Below are positions 7,852-17,719 of a stretch of DNA of 64,000 nt, piece after piece. The position numbers were made by a program, and so were the translations under genes. Every line of letters starts with the position of its first letter. Within the stretch, counting starts at the first letter, position 1. Origin of the DNA: a virus; IMG/VR virus record IMGVR_UViG_3300032282_005553, positions 1 through 64,000 of that record; one strand, given 5' to 3'. Below the pieces are notes generated by a model. It made no database searches and was not told the origin of the DNA. It was given only the letters and a program-made list of their open reading frames with translations.

Positions 7852-10047
7852 ATGGCTAAAAAATATCCAAAAAGCGAAGCGATATCTGACGCAGCTCTAG
7901 AAAATTCAGAAATTTATATTGCATGGGGTGATGATTTAGCCAGTAAAGAAAAAGCACTTAAAACTAGTGCTGATTCTCTTGGCGAATTCACTGGTATAGA
8001 ACATTCTACTGCCATGAGAAGATACGGATTAGACTATTCTAATCTTGATAAAAATACATCTGGACGCCCAGGATTAACAAGATCAGATTATGACTTTTTC
8101 CGTCCGGACGAAGCTGTTCCGCGTACCTTTAAAATTATATTAAAAAAAGCAGAAGATATTTATCAAAGGGTGGGACTAGTAAAAAATGTTATAGATCTTA
8201 TGGGCGATTTCGCCAGCCAAGGTATAAGACCAGTTCATAGAAATAAGAGAATAGAACGCTTTTATAGGAAATGGTTTAAAAAAGTCAGAGGCAAGGAACG
8301 TAGTGAAAGATTTCTTAATAATCTATATAAAACAGGAAATGTTGTTGTTAATCGACAAACAGGTAAATTAAGTCTTAAAGCAACAGAAACACTGTATCAG
8401 GCGGTAGCATCTCCAGATTTTCAGGTTCAAGATATTGAAGAAATCAAACTAGAGAAAAGAGAGATTCCTTGGAAGTATACATTTATTGATCCTTCATTCG
8501 TTGATGTCGCAGCAGGAGCGCTATCTTCATTTGTACAGGATAAAAGATACGAATTAATTCTTCCTCCTATGTTGAGGAAAATGGTTATTAATCCAAAAAC
8601 AGAAGCCGAAAAAGAAGTAGTATCAAGACTACCACAAGCCATATTAGAAGCAGCTAAAACAAAAAAGCCATATCCGCTTGATCCAGAAAAAACTTTGGTA
8701 TTCCATTATAAAAAAGATGATTGGCAGACATGGGCATATCCTATGATATATGCTATTATGGATGATATTACGATTATTGAAAAACTCAAACTAGCTGATA
8801 TGGCAGCACTTGATGGTGCTATTAGTAATATTCGTATTTTTAAACTCGGCAGTCTCGAACACAAAATTGCCCCTACAAAAGCAGCCACAGCTAAATTAGC
8901 ATCTATTCTAGGAAATAATGTTGGTGGTGGCACTATGGATCTAATCTGGGGACCAGACATAGAACTCATAGAAAGTAAAACTGGCGTTCATCAGTTTTTA
9001 GGCGAAGCTAAATATATTCCACATTTAAATAGTGTTTATGCTGGGCTGGGTATTCCTCCCACGTTAACTGGAACTTTTGGAGCCGCTGGAACAACAAATA
9101 ACTTTATCTCATTAAAAACTCTTACTCAAAGACTACAATATGGTAGAGATGTTTTAATGGAATTTTGGGAAAGAGAATTTGCTTTAGTTCAAAAAGCCAT
9201 GGGTTTCAAATACAGCGCCAAAGTAGAATTTGATAGAATGGATCTTAGTAATGAAGATTCAGAAAAAGCATTATTAATTCAACTAGCTGATCGCAATCTA
9301 ATTAGTGATGAACTATTGCAAACAAGATTTGGTTTTGATCCTGACATGGAAAAGACAAGACTCAACAGAGAAATAAGAGAGAGAAAGAGCGATAGAATGA
9401 TCAAAAAAGCTGGACCATGGCACGATCCTACTCCGGAGCAATCTCTTAAGAAGATAGCTCTACAGACAGGAATTGTTTCTCCCAGTCAAGTTGGCTTAGA
9501 TTTGGAAAATAAGAAAAAGGGAGAGCAAGCAGCTCTAGAAATGAAAACACCAGCACAGCCTTCCCCAACGAAGTTGGCAAAGGATTCTCCAGAATCCTTG
9601 CCAAAAGAACCCGGACAAGGTCGCCCAAAAAACTCTAAAGACACACAGCCCAGAAAAGACAGAAAGTTTGCCCCACAAACCGGAGCAAAAATTATGTTTT
9701 GGGCAGCTGATGCCCAAGATAAGATTAGTAAAATAATTAATCCAATACTACTAGACTTTTATCAAAAGAAAAATTTAAGAAGTTTATCTAATGAAGAGGT
9801 CACAGAACTAGATAATGTAAAAACAAAAATTTTATTCTCAATAGAACCATTAACGGATATAACTGACGCAGAAGTGGTAGAAAAACTTAAATCATCATCT
9901 GCATCATCAAATGTCTTATTGTCCGAATATCACAAATGGGTAAATGATCTTAGATCGATTTTAAGCAAAGAACTTACTGTTGATGAACAAAAACAGGCTA
10001 AGGCTTCTTTTTATTCTACGGTGTACACTAATTTAACACAGGAGTAA
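7852..10047 (+). CDS. portal protein
   Basis: 731 aa between terL and the protease; portal-like helical segments (VKNVIDLMGDFASQGI; VYAGLGIPPTL); disordered C-terminal GRP segment. Confidence 0.8.
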   Translation: MAKKYPKSEAISDAALENSEIYIAWGDDLASKEKALKTSADSLGEFTGIEHSTAMRRYGLDYSNLDKNTSGRPGLTRSDYDFFRPDEAVPRTFKIILKKAEDIYQRVGLVKNVIDLMGDFASQGIRPVHRNKRIERFYRKWFKKVRGKERSERFLNNLYKTGNVVVNRQTGKLSLKATETLYQAVASPDFQVQDIEEIKLEKREIPWKYTFIDPSFVDVAAGALSSFVQDKRYELILPPMLRKMVINPKTEAEKEVVSRLPQAILEAAKTKKPYPLDPEKTLVFHYKKDDWQTWAYPMIYAIMDDITIIEKLKLADMAALDGAISNIRIFKLGSLEHKIAPTKAATAKLASILGNNVGGGTMDLIWGPDIELIESKTGVHQFLGEAKYIPHLNSVYAGLGIPPTLTGTFGAAGTTNNFISLKTLTQRLQYGRDVLMEFWEREFALVQKAMGFKYSAKVEFDRMDLSNEDSEKALLIQLADRNLISDELLQTRFGFDPDMEKTRLNREIRERKSDRMIKKAGPWHDPTPEQSLKKIALQTGIVSPSQVGLDLENKKKGEQAALEMKTPAQPSPTKLAKDSPESLPKEPGQGRPKNSKDTQPRKDRKFAPQTGAKIMFWAADAQDKISKIINPILLDFYQKKNLRSLSNEEVTELDNVKTKILFSIEPLTDITDAEVVEKLKSSSASSNVLLSEYHKWVNDLRSILSKELTVDEQKQAKASFYSTVYTNLTQE
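10021..10035 (+). promoter_or_regulatory. putative late promoter GTGTA-N8-TA
   Basis: GTGTA cactaatt TA just before the AGGAG RBS of the protease gene. Confidence 0.5.
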
Positions 10048-10053
10048 AAAATA

Positions 10054-11553
10054 ATGCAAATATTCAAAGCAGAAATTGAAGATGGGCTAGAACATAAAAT
10101 TCAGTCATCAGCCTCATTTTCTTATGCAGCCTCTGTTGAGCCATGCGATAGCACATACAAAGTTAAAAAATTAAAAAGCTTAGCTTCTTATGATGATTCT
10201 GATTTGTATTATGTACAATCTATATTAGTTAGTTCAAACTGGAATAAAAATGATGATATTTTTGATTCTAAAGAAGTATGGATTGCTAGAAATACGCCAG
10301 AAGATAAACCAACAAATCTTGAACATGACGAAGGAACCATAATTGGTCATATAACATCAAATTGGCCAATCACCGAAGATGGTATATTGATTGATGAAAA
10401 TACTCCTATAGAAAATTTACCAGAAAAATATCATATATTAACTGGTTCTGTAATTTATAAAGCATTTAGTAATCCTGAGCTTAGAGATCGTGCCGAAAAA
10501 TTGATAACAGAAATTGAGTCTGGTACAAAATTTGTTAGTATGGAGTGTTTCTTTAATGGATTTGATTATGGATTAATTAATACTGCAAATGGTGAATACA
10601 AAGTACTTGCTCGTAATGACAATACAGCATATCTAACTAAGTACCTAAGAGCATACGGCGGAAATGGCCAGCATGAGTCCTATAAAATAGGTAGAGTACT
10701 TAGAAATATTACATTTTCAGGTAAAGGTTTTGTTGATAAACCAGCAAATCCTGAGAGCATAATCTTTACTAAGGAAAACTTTAATAAATTATTAAGCGAA
10801 AAAAAAGACGATTTTATCAAACCAGGTGTATCTAAAAGTACGTTAACCTTTAACGCGGAGAATACTATTATGAGTTTAGATCTTGATCCAGTAATAAAAG
10901 AAGTAGCAGAAATCAAAAGTAAGATTGAAGCTATGGAAGTCAAAACAGCAGAGTCTGCCACAGAAGCTATTGCAGCTTTAGAAACACAGAATACCGAACT
11001 TAAAAACAAAATTGCTGAATTAACAGTTGCTCTAGAGCAGATCACTCTTGAAAAAGAAGAAGCTGCCAAGAAGATAAAAGAAGATGAAGATTCCAAAGAT
11101 GAAGAGAACAAAAATCTTAAAGCGGCTTTAGAAGCTGCTAATGAAGTTATTGCTGGCTACAAGATGAAAGAAGAAGAGATGGCAAAGAAAGAAAAGAAAA
11201 TGAAAAGAATGGCATCACTTGTTGAAGCAGGCTTTGACTCAGAATCAGCTTCTGCAACAGTTGACAAATTCGATTCATTAGATGATGACGCCTTTTCAGC
11301 AATGACAAGTCTTTTTGCTGGCAAAATGCCACCTTGGCTCAATAAAAAAGATGACAAGGAAGAAGACACAAAAGAAAAGAAAAAGGCTTCAGAAAATACA
11401 GTAGACGCTAGTGCTCTTGATAATGTAGAAACAGAAGAGAGCGTTAGTCTCAGTGTGGGTGGCGAAACAGTTTCACAAGAAGAAACCACTCGCGCAGAAT
11501 TAGTTGAATTTGTTTGTGCTAGACTAGGCAAAAAACTTAATAAGGGAGAATAA
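10054..11553 (+). CDS. prohead protease fused to coiled-coil scaffold
   Basis: KPTNLEHD...IIGH, VSMEC, ITFSGKGFVDKPANPESII protease-type motifs; E/K-rich coiled-coil C-terminal half. Confidence 0.8.
   Translation: MQIFKAEIEDGLEHKIQSSASFSYAASVEPCDSTYKVKKLKSLASYDDSDLYYVQSILVSSNWNKNDDIFDSKEVWIARNTPEDKPTNLEHDEGTIIGHITSNWPITEDGILIDENTPIENLPEKYHILTGSVIYKAFSNPELRDRAEKLITEIESGTKFVSMECFFNGFDYGLINTANGEYKVLARNDNTAYLTKYLRAYGGNGQHESYKIGRVLRNITFSGKGFVDKPANPESIIFTKENFNKLLSEKKDDFIKPGVSKSTLTFNAENTIMSLDLDPVIKEVAEIKSKIEAMEVKTAESATEAIAALETQNTELKNKIAELTVALEQITLEKEEAAKKIKEDEDSKDEENKNLKAALEAANEVIAGYKMKEEEMAKKEKKMKRMASLVEAGFDSESASATVDKFDSLDDDAFSAMTSLFAGKMPPWLNKKDDKEEDTKEKKKASENTVDASALDNVETEESVSLSVGGETVSQEETTRAELVEFVCARLGKKLNKGE
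10870..11553 (+). CDS. nested in-frame scaffold protein (internal start)
   Basis: GGAG at 10857-10860, in-frame ATG at 10870 at the start of the coiled coil, GTGTA-N8-TA at 10826-10840. Confidence 0.55.
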   Translation: MSLDLDPVIKEVAEIKSKIEAMEVKTAESATEAIAALETQNTELKNKIAELTVALEQITLEKEEAAKKIKEDEDSKDEENKNLKAALEAANEVIAGYKMKEEEMAKKEKKMKRMASLVEAGFDSESASATVDKFDSLDDDAFSAMTSLFAGKMPPWLNKKDDKEEDTKEKKKASENTVDASALDNVETEESVSLSVGGETVSQEETTRAELVEFVCARLGKKLNKGE

Positions 11554-11554
11554 C

Positions 11555-12010
11555 ATGGCTCTTAAAGCAGATCGTATCGAATTACTCGCAGATGTATCAT
11601 TCTTCATGAACACAGTAGCCGAAAGAGGCGGTGTTGCTAGTGTAAGTACAGGCGGATCTGGCGTATCCATGGATGATGCCAGTGCTGTTGTTACTTATGC
11701 TGGTACTGTCAGTGGAGCAAAACCAGTAGGTGTCCTTCTCACCGACGTTGTAAATCTTGATCTCACAAGACAGCATATCAACTGGCACAAAGATGAAGTT
11801 CAGGTTGGTGGCAAAGTTACACTACTTCGTAACGGCCAAGTAACAACCAACATGATTGTATCTGGTGCTACACCAACTGCTGGTGCTGATGCCTATGTCG
11901 GCGCTGATGGTAAGATCGGTACATCAAGTACAAATGCTGTAAAAATCGGTCAGTTCTTGAGTAGTAAAGACGCCGACGGTTACGCAAAAGTCTCTGTAAA
12001 CATTGCTTAA
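11555..12010 (+). CDS. capsid decoration / head stabilisation protein
   Basis: 151-aa Gly/Val/Ala-rich beta protein immediately before the MCP; strong RBS. Confidence 0.65.
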   Translation: MALKADRIELLADVSFFMNTVAERGGVASVSTGGSGVSMDDASAVVTYAGTVSGAKPVGVLLTDVVNLDLTRQHINWHKDEVQVGGKVTLLRNGQVTTNMIVSGATPTAGADAYVGADGKIGTSSTNAVKIGQFLSSKDADGYAKVSVNIA

Positions 12011-12037
12011 GCTTAAACTTATTTAAGGGAGAAAAAA

Positions 12038-13051
12038 ATGTCAGGTAATACTAAAGCATTTCAACCAACACCAGAACTAACTGATCTCTTAGTTCGCTCT
12101 GGTTCACAGAAAAGAGAAGTAGCTCTAGCTGCTAATGCAGAGTTTGCAAAGGCTCTCGAACTACCACTTCGTCAAGGATTACTCAGTGGAGATATCCTAG
12201 ACGGCATTTTCGAACCAATTCAATTGGCTCAAAGTGCAACTCCAGAATTTCCACTCGACTTCCTAGCTCCTGGTACAGAGAAGGACTTCGTTGCTTATAC
12301 CGTTCCAAATCATGGATATATTCCAGAGCGTCACGTTGAAGGCGATTACGTCATGGTTCCAACCTATGATATCGGCGCCTCAATCGACTATCTCTTGAAG
12401 TATGCTCGTGATGCTCGCTGGGACGTTGTTGGTCGTGCTATGGAAGTTCTAGAAGGTTCATTTGTCAAGAAGATGAATGATGATGGATGGCACACACTAC
12501 TCGCCGCTGGCGTTGATCGTAACATCGTAGTTTATGATAGCGATGCTAGCACTGGTCAATTTACCAAGAGATTGGTAAGTTTAATGAAGACAGTTATGCG
12601 TAGAAACGGTGGTGGTAACTCGGCTAGTAATAACCGTGGACTACTCACAGATCTATATGTCTCTCCAGAGTCAATGGAAGACATTCGTAACTGGGGTCTT
12701 GATCAGGTTGATGAAGTAACACGTAGAGAGATTTACACTGCCGCAGACGGCACAATCAATCGTATCTTCGGCGTTAATCTTCACGACCTAGACGAACTTG
12801 GCGAAGGACAAGAGTATCAACTATTTTATAGTAATACTCTCAGTGGAAGCTTACCAAGCGACCATGATTCAGAGCTAGCAGTTGGACTAGATCTTCGTAA
12901 GAGAGACAGTTTCATAATGCCAATTCGTGAACAAGTTCAGATTTTTGAAGACGATACACTACATCGTCAAAAGAGAGCCGGTTTCTATGGTTGGGCTGAA
13001 CAGGGCTTTGCTGTTCTAGACAACCGTAGAGTTCTCCTTGGCTCTCTATGA
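12038..13051 (+). CDS. major capsid protein (HK97 fold expected)
   Basis: 337 aa, synteny after protease and decoration gene, followed by a strong terminator; C-terminal GFYGWAEQGFAVLDNRRV typical of MCPs. Confidence 0.85.
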   Translation: MSGNTKAFQPTPELTDLLVRSGSQKREVALAANAEFAKALELPLRQGLLSGDILDGIFEPIQLAQSATPEFPLDFLAPGTEKDFVAYTVPNHGYIPERHVEGDYVMVPTYDIGASIDYLLKYARDARWDVVGRAMEVLEGSFVKKMNDDGWHTLLAAGVDRNIVVYDSDASTGQFTKRLVSLMKTVMRRNGGGNSASNNRGLLTDLYVSPESMEDIRNWGLDQVDEVTRREIYTAADGTINRIFGVNLHDLDELGEGQEYQLFYSNTLSGSLPSDHDSELAVGLDLRKRDSFIMPIREQVQIFEDDTLHRQKRAGFYGWAEQGFAVLDNRRVLLGSL

Positions 13052-13085
13052 TTTTGATGTTCAAAAATAACTTTTGAAAATAAGT

Positions 13086-13115
13086 AGGGCTGGGCAACCA
13101 GCCCTTCTTTTTTTT
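13086..13115 (+). terminator. intrinsic terminator after MCP
   Basis: AGGGCTGG-GCAA-CCAGCCCT followed by TCTTTTTTTT. Confidence 0.9.
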
Positions 13116-13124
13116 ATAGGTATA

Positions 13125-13139
13125 GTGTATTTACTATTA
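13125..13139 (+). promoter_or_regulatory. putative late promoter GTGTA-N8-TA
   Basis: GTGTA tttactat TA immediately after the MCP terminator. Confidence 0.55.
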
Positions 13140-13172
13140 CAGCTTCATAAATCTAACTAATACGAGTGAATT

Positions 13173-13577
13173 ATGGCCGCAAGCAAATATGACTTTGCCA
13201 TAGAACAAGGCACCTCCTTTAAAATATCATTAATTTATAAGGATCAAAATAGCGCTCCTATTAATTTGACTGGTTGGTGTGCTAGAATAGTATGGAAGAC
13301 CAACACAGGATCGACCCAAATTTTTAGCAGCGAGAATATAGACTATAGTGTATACAAGTTTGTTATTGATGAAATCAATGGAAAATTAACTTTAATGTTT
13401 CCAGCATCAACAACAAATAGCTTTAATTTTAATACCGCAAAATATGATTTGGAATTACAATCTCCAGATGATATATATTCTGGAGGAGGTAAATATACAA
13501 CTAGATTATTGTTTGGTACTATAAATATAGTTAAACGATTCAGTCAATCTAGTACCCCATTGGATTGTGTACAATGA
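13173..13577 (+). CDS. beta-sandwich fibre adaptor protein (paralog of 28870..29310)
   Basis: YDFAIEQGTSF...INLTGWCARI...AKYDLELQSPDDIYSGGGK. Confidence 0.6.
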   Translation: MAASKYDFAIEQGTSFKISLIYKDQNSAPINLTGWCARIVWKTNTGSTQIFSSENIDYSVYKFVIDEINGKLTLMFPASTTNSFNFNTAKYDLELQSPDDIYSGGGKYTTRLLFGTINIVKRFSQSSTPLDCVQ

Positions 13578-13891
13578 GCGAATTCATAATTGAAATTTTG
13601 GATCCTCAAACAAATATTATAGAGATTGAAACTAGTTTTATAGAAAATCTTAATAATGTTGAAATTGAGAGATATGAGACATTTAATTTAGAAATTGTTA
13701 ATACCGAAAAAATATTAGCAAGTGATTTACCAGATGATATACCAATGAGTAAAATTGTTGGAAACTTGGATGTTAGTAGAATAGATGGTCTTGATGAATA
13801 CATAGAAGAATTTGCACAGGTAACTGTAAATAATGTTATTGGTTTAGATGATTATCTAGACGGGTACGAGTTTGATTGCGGAAATCCTTAA
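13574..13891 (+). CDS. acidic virion fibre-linker protein ending in FDCGNP
   Basis: ATG 13574 overlapping the upstream stop; IDGLDEY/IGLDDY repeats. Confidence 0.55.
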   Translation: MSEFIIEILDPQTNIIEIETSFIENLNNVEIERYETFNLEIVNTEKILASDLPDDIPMSKIVGNLDVSRIDGLDEYIEEFAQVTVNNVIGLDDYLDGYEFDCGNP

Positions 13892-13929
13892 AAATATTCT
13901 TATACAACAAAATAAAGTGGAGATAAAAA

Positions 13930-16191
13930 ATGCCAGTAAATAATAAAATCCAGGTTCGTAGAGGAACAGCAGCTCAATGGACTTCACAGGTATTATCTCA
14001 GGGAGAAATAGGATTTGAAACAGATAGCGGTCGTTTCAAGATAGGTGATGGAACTACAGCCTGGAGCAGTTTGGCATATTCTGCTGTTCGTAGCGTTACT
14101 GGCGTTAGCGGAATTCTTGCAACCACAGATAGCACAGGAGCAGTAACTGTTAGTTTGAGTGATCCAACTATTCAAACCACAGACATAACAGACTTTTTAG
14201 AGGGTGTTCAGGATGTTATAGGAAATAGTGGAGTAGTATCTGGTTTCGGAACAAGTAAATCATATGACGATGCTGGAACAGGTTTTACAACAGTTTCCGT
14301 TACAGGTATGACCAATAGTCTTAGCGCCGGATCTGGCGGTATTTACTTAACCAGTTCGGCAGTTTCAAATAATACACAATATACTGTTCATCTTACTGGT
14401 ATACAGCCATCAACAATAGTCGGCGTAACGTCAACTGCTAGCGAACTAAATTATGTTGACATTACAACACTCGGTACAGCAGAAGCCAGCAAAGCTCTAA
14501 TAACAGATAGTTCAAAGAATATTTATGGCATCAATAATCTTTCTGCTAGTGGCGCAACCAATCTTGGAACACTACAGGTAGGAACTAATGCTACTGTTAC
14601 AGGCAATTTAGTTGTTAATGGCACAATTAGTTCAACAGGAAATCTTACAATAGGCGGAGATTTATTAGTTAATGGTAATACTGTTACTGTTAATAGTACA
14701 ACAGTTACTATTGATGACCCCATTTTCACCCTAGGTGCTGCTCCAACAGGTCTTAATGACAACAAGGATCGCGGTATAGAGTTTTATTACAATAATGGAT
14801 CGCCAGCAACAGGGTTCTTCGGTTATTCTGACAGTAATGATGCATTCGTATTTATTACTGGAGCAACCAATAGTAGTGAAGTATTCACCGGTCCTTTTGG
14901 ACCAATCAAAGTTGGATCAGCTAACATAACTGGCACCATGACAGCAAATGCTATCGCTGTTACATCAACAACCGTTGTTACTAATCTTAATGCCGATAAA
15001 TTAGATGGTCAAGATGGTAGCTATTATAATGACTTTAATAATGCTACAAATAAACCAAGTCCAGTCATTAGTGTTAATCTTACTGGAGACGTTACAGGAA
15101 GTGGTAATGCTACACTAACTAGCTTGGGTACAAATGCTAGTATTAGTTTTGCAACTACAATTCCTGCGAGTAGCATAATTCTAGGAACAGATACAACAGG
15201 ACAGTATGCCAGTACCATCACTGCTGCCGGATCAGGATTAACAGCAACGTCTGCCAATAGTAATGGAGCAACAGCGTATACAATTACAAGTAATGCTAGT
15301 GCATCTAGCGGTAATGGCACTATAGTACTAAGAGATGCTACCGGATCATTTTCTGCTGGTAACGTTACTGCTAATAGCTTTATCAAGGCTGGTGGTACTA
15401 GTAGTCAATTTTTAAAGGGTGATGGTAGTGTTGATACTAGTGCTTATATTACTAGTGCTAGCATTAACAATGGAACATTAACATTAGCCGTTGCTGGATC
15501 TGGATTAAGTGGTTCAGCATCATTTACTGCCAATCAGAGTTCCGGAAGCACCTTTACTGTAACAAGTAATGCTAGTTCTGCAACTGGCGTAGGAACAGTT
15601 GTTCTTCGTGATGCTAGTGGTGGTTTTTCTGCTGGAGCCATTACTGCAACCTCTTTCTCTGGTGATGGATCTAGTTTAACTGCTCTCAATGCTAGCAATC
15701 TTTCAGCCGGTACTGTTTCTAATAGTAGGTTGAATGTTGCGTCTACTTCTGGTCTTGGTATTTCTACATTCAGTAGCACAAATTTTGCTGTTGATTCTAC
15801 TGGATTAGTAACGATAAAGAGTGGTGGAGTTGCTAATAGTAATCTTGTTAATTCTACATTAACACTTGGTAGTAGCACACTAACTTTAGGAGCAACTACA
15901 ACAGCAATTACTGGTCTAGCTTCATTAGCTGCTACTAATTTGTATGGTGCTGGCGCAAACATTACTAGTCTAAATGCTAGTAATATTAGTGCTGGTACAA
16001 TTGCAACAACTTATTTACCAACTAATATTCCAATTGTAAATCTTGCTAGTAGCGGAATTACTTTTGGTTCCACATTCCAGGCACTAGGATCAACATTAAC
16101 AACTTTTGCTGGTCTTACTGCTATTAGTGGCACTAGTAGTGCTAGTCCAACAATATTAAGTAATTGCTCTTTAGATGGTGGAACACCATAA
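13930..16191 (+). CDS. fibre protein with Mtd-N-type N-terminus
   Basis: KIQVRRGTAAQW...GEIGFETDSGRFKIGDG; LNADKLDGQDG; S/T/G-rich repeats; ends LDGGTP. Confidence 0.75.
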   Translation: MPVNNKIQVRRGTAAQWTSQVLSQGEIGFETDSGRFKIGDGTTAWSSLAYSAVRSVTGVSGILATTDSTGAVTVSLSDPTIQTTDITDFLEGVQDVIGNSGVVSGFGTSKSYDDAGTGFTTVSVTGMTNSLSAGSGGIYLTSSAVSNNTQYTVHLTGIQPSTIVGVTSTASELNYVDITTLGTAEASKALITDSSKNIYGINNLSASGATNLGTLQVGTNATVTGNLVVNGTISSTGNLTIGGDLLVNGNTVTVNSTTVTIDDPIFTLGAAPTGLNDNKDRGIEFYYNNGSPATGFFGYSDSNDAFVFITGATNSSEVFTGPFGPIKVGSANITGTMTANAIAVTSTTVVTNLNADKLDGQDGSYYNDFNNATNKPSPVISVNLTGDVTGSGNATLTSLGTNASISFATTIPASSIILGTDTTGQYASTITAAGSGLTATSANSNGATAYTITSNASASSGNGTIVLRDATGSFSAGNVTANSFIKAGGTSSQFLKGDGSVDTSAYITSASINNGTLTLAVAGSGLSGSASFTANQSSGSTFTVTSNASSATGVGTVVLRDASGGFSAGAITATSFSGDGSSLTALNASNLSAGTVSNSRLNVASTSGLGISTFSSTNFAVDSTGLVTIKSGGVANSNLVNSTLTLGSSTLTLGATTTAITGLASLAATNLYGAGANITSLNASNISAGTIATTYLPTNIPIVNLASSGITFGSTFQALGSTLTTFAGLTAISGTSSASPTILSNCSLDGGTP

Positions 16192-16266
16192 TAGTGTCAT
16201 AAACTAGACAAATTATTTATTATAGGTTATTATCTATTGTAGGAACTTTCATATGGTTAATAATAT

Positions 16267-17022
16267 ATGCCTTCAACTAACAAGATACAATTTAGAAGAG
16301 GAACGTCAACAGATTGGACAAGTGGTAATCCTGTTTTAGGCTCAGGAGAGCCTGGATATGATACTACTAATAATATCTTAAAAATTGGAAATGGGTCTCA
16401 AACTTGGTCTCAATTAAACAACCATAATCATACTTCATCAAATATTACTGATTTTAACAGTAGTGTCAGTGGATTGTTAACTCCTTATCAATTAGCTCTA
16501 ACAAATCCTGTTACCGGAGTTGGTACTAGTGGATATTTGAGTAAATGGACCAGTTCTAGTGCTATTAGTAGTGGAATCATTTTTGATAATGGTACTAATG
16601 TTGGCATAAGTACTGCTAGTCCAACCTATAAACTTCAGGTTAATGGTAGTTTTGCTGCTAGTACCAAAAGTTTCCGAATACATCATCCTTCTAAAAAGGG
16701 CTATTCATTAGAATATGGAAGTTTAGAAAGTCCGTATCATGGAGTAAGATTAACAGGACGAGGAACTTTAATTAAAGGCGTTGGGGTGGTATCTGTGCCA
16801 GATTATTTAAAAGATCTTATCCACGATGATGATACTTTAAATATTCAAATTACTAATATTAAACATGGTAAAATTATTTATGTTGATAAGATTGATTTGA
16901 AAAATGACCGATTTATTGTTAAAGCTGATCGATCAAAAAGTCTTGGAGAGTTAGAATTCTTCTGGACATTAAGTGGAGTACGAAAGGATGTGGATCATCT
17001 AGTTGTCGAAAAGGAGAACTAA
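16267..17022 (+). CDS. short fibre protein, Mtd-N N-terminus and chaperone-like C-terminus
   Basis: KIQFRRGTSTDW...GEPGYDTTNNILKIGNG; KSFRIHHP...YGSLESP. Confidence 0.7.
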   Translation: MPSTNKIQFRRGTSTDWTSGNPVLGSGEPGYDTTNNILKIGNGSQTWSQLNNHNHTSSNITDFNSSVSGLLTPYQLALTNPVTGVGTSGYLSKWTSSSAISSGIIFDNGTNVGISTASPTYKLQVNGSFAASTKSFRIHHPSKKGYSLEYGSLESPYHGVRLTGRGTLIKGVGVVSVPDYLKDLIHDDDTLNIQITNIKHGKIIYVDKIDLKNDRFIVKADRSKSLGELEFFWTLSGVRKDVDHLVVEKEN

Positions 17023-17023
17023 G

Positions 17024-17719
17024 ATGAGTGTATATGGAGGGCCAGATATAGTTACTGATGGATTAACTTGTCTTCTTGATGCTGGCAATAGTAAAAGTTA
17101 CCCAGGATCAGGAACATCATGGTTTGATATTAGTGGTAATGGAAAAAATTTTACATGGGATAGTGTTGATTGGACTAATGGGTATTTTAATATGTTCACT
17201 AGTTCAACATATAGAAGAGCAACTGGTCCAGCCTCAAACAGCTTTGGTATAAATAATACTACTGGATATACTATTTTCTTTATCTTTCAGACTACTACTC
17301 TTGGTGGTAATGCTGGGTTTAAGTTCAAAGGCTCGACAGCTGGCTCAACAAGAGGTATATTTTGTCATCCTGGTTGGACCAACGACACAATATATTTTGA
17401 TCAAGGAGCATGTTGTAATGCAGAGCACAGAATATCATATACAAACTCTAATGTGAGCGATAGTAATATATGGAATATGGTAGGATTAAGAAGCACCGTC
17501 GCTACTAGAGCCATACTGTATAATGGAATTGTAGGAACTACAACAAGCACTGCGGCCGCAAATATCAATTTAGATAGTAATCCTGTTTTAATTAATCCAG
17601 CTGATGAAGGCTATGGCTGGAGTGGCAGACTAGCATATTTTGCTGTTTATAATAGAGGATTATCTAATGATGAGTATTTAAATAATTATAATGCTCTTAA
17701 AGGAAGGTTTGGACTATAA
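17024..17719 (+). CDS. LamG/concanavalin A-like lectin domain protein
   Basis: IVTDGLTCLLDAGNSKSYPGSGTSWFDISGNG...VYNRGLS...NYNALKGRFGL; AGGAG RBS before ATG 17024. Confidence 0.75.
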   Translation: MSVYGGPDIVTDGLTCLLDAGNSKSYPGSGTSWFDISGNGKNFTWDSVDWTNGYFNMFTSSTYRRATGPASNSFGINNTTGYTIFFIFQTTTLGGNAGFKFKGSTAGSTRGIFCHPGWTNDTIYFDQGACCNAEHRISYTNSNVSDSNIWNMVGLRSTVATRAILYNGIVGTTTSTAAANINLDSNPVLINPADEGYGWSGRLAYFAVYNRGLSNDEYLNNYNALKGRFGL

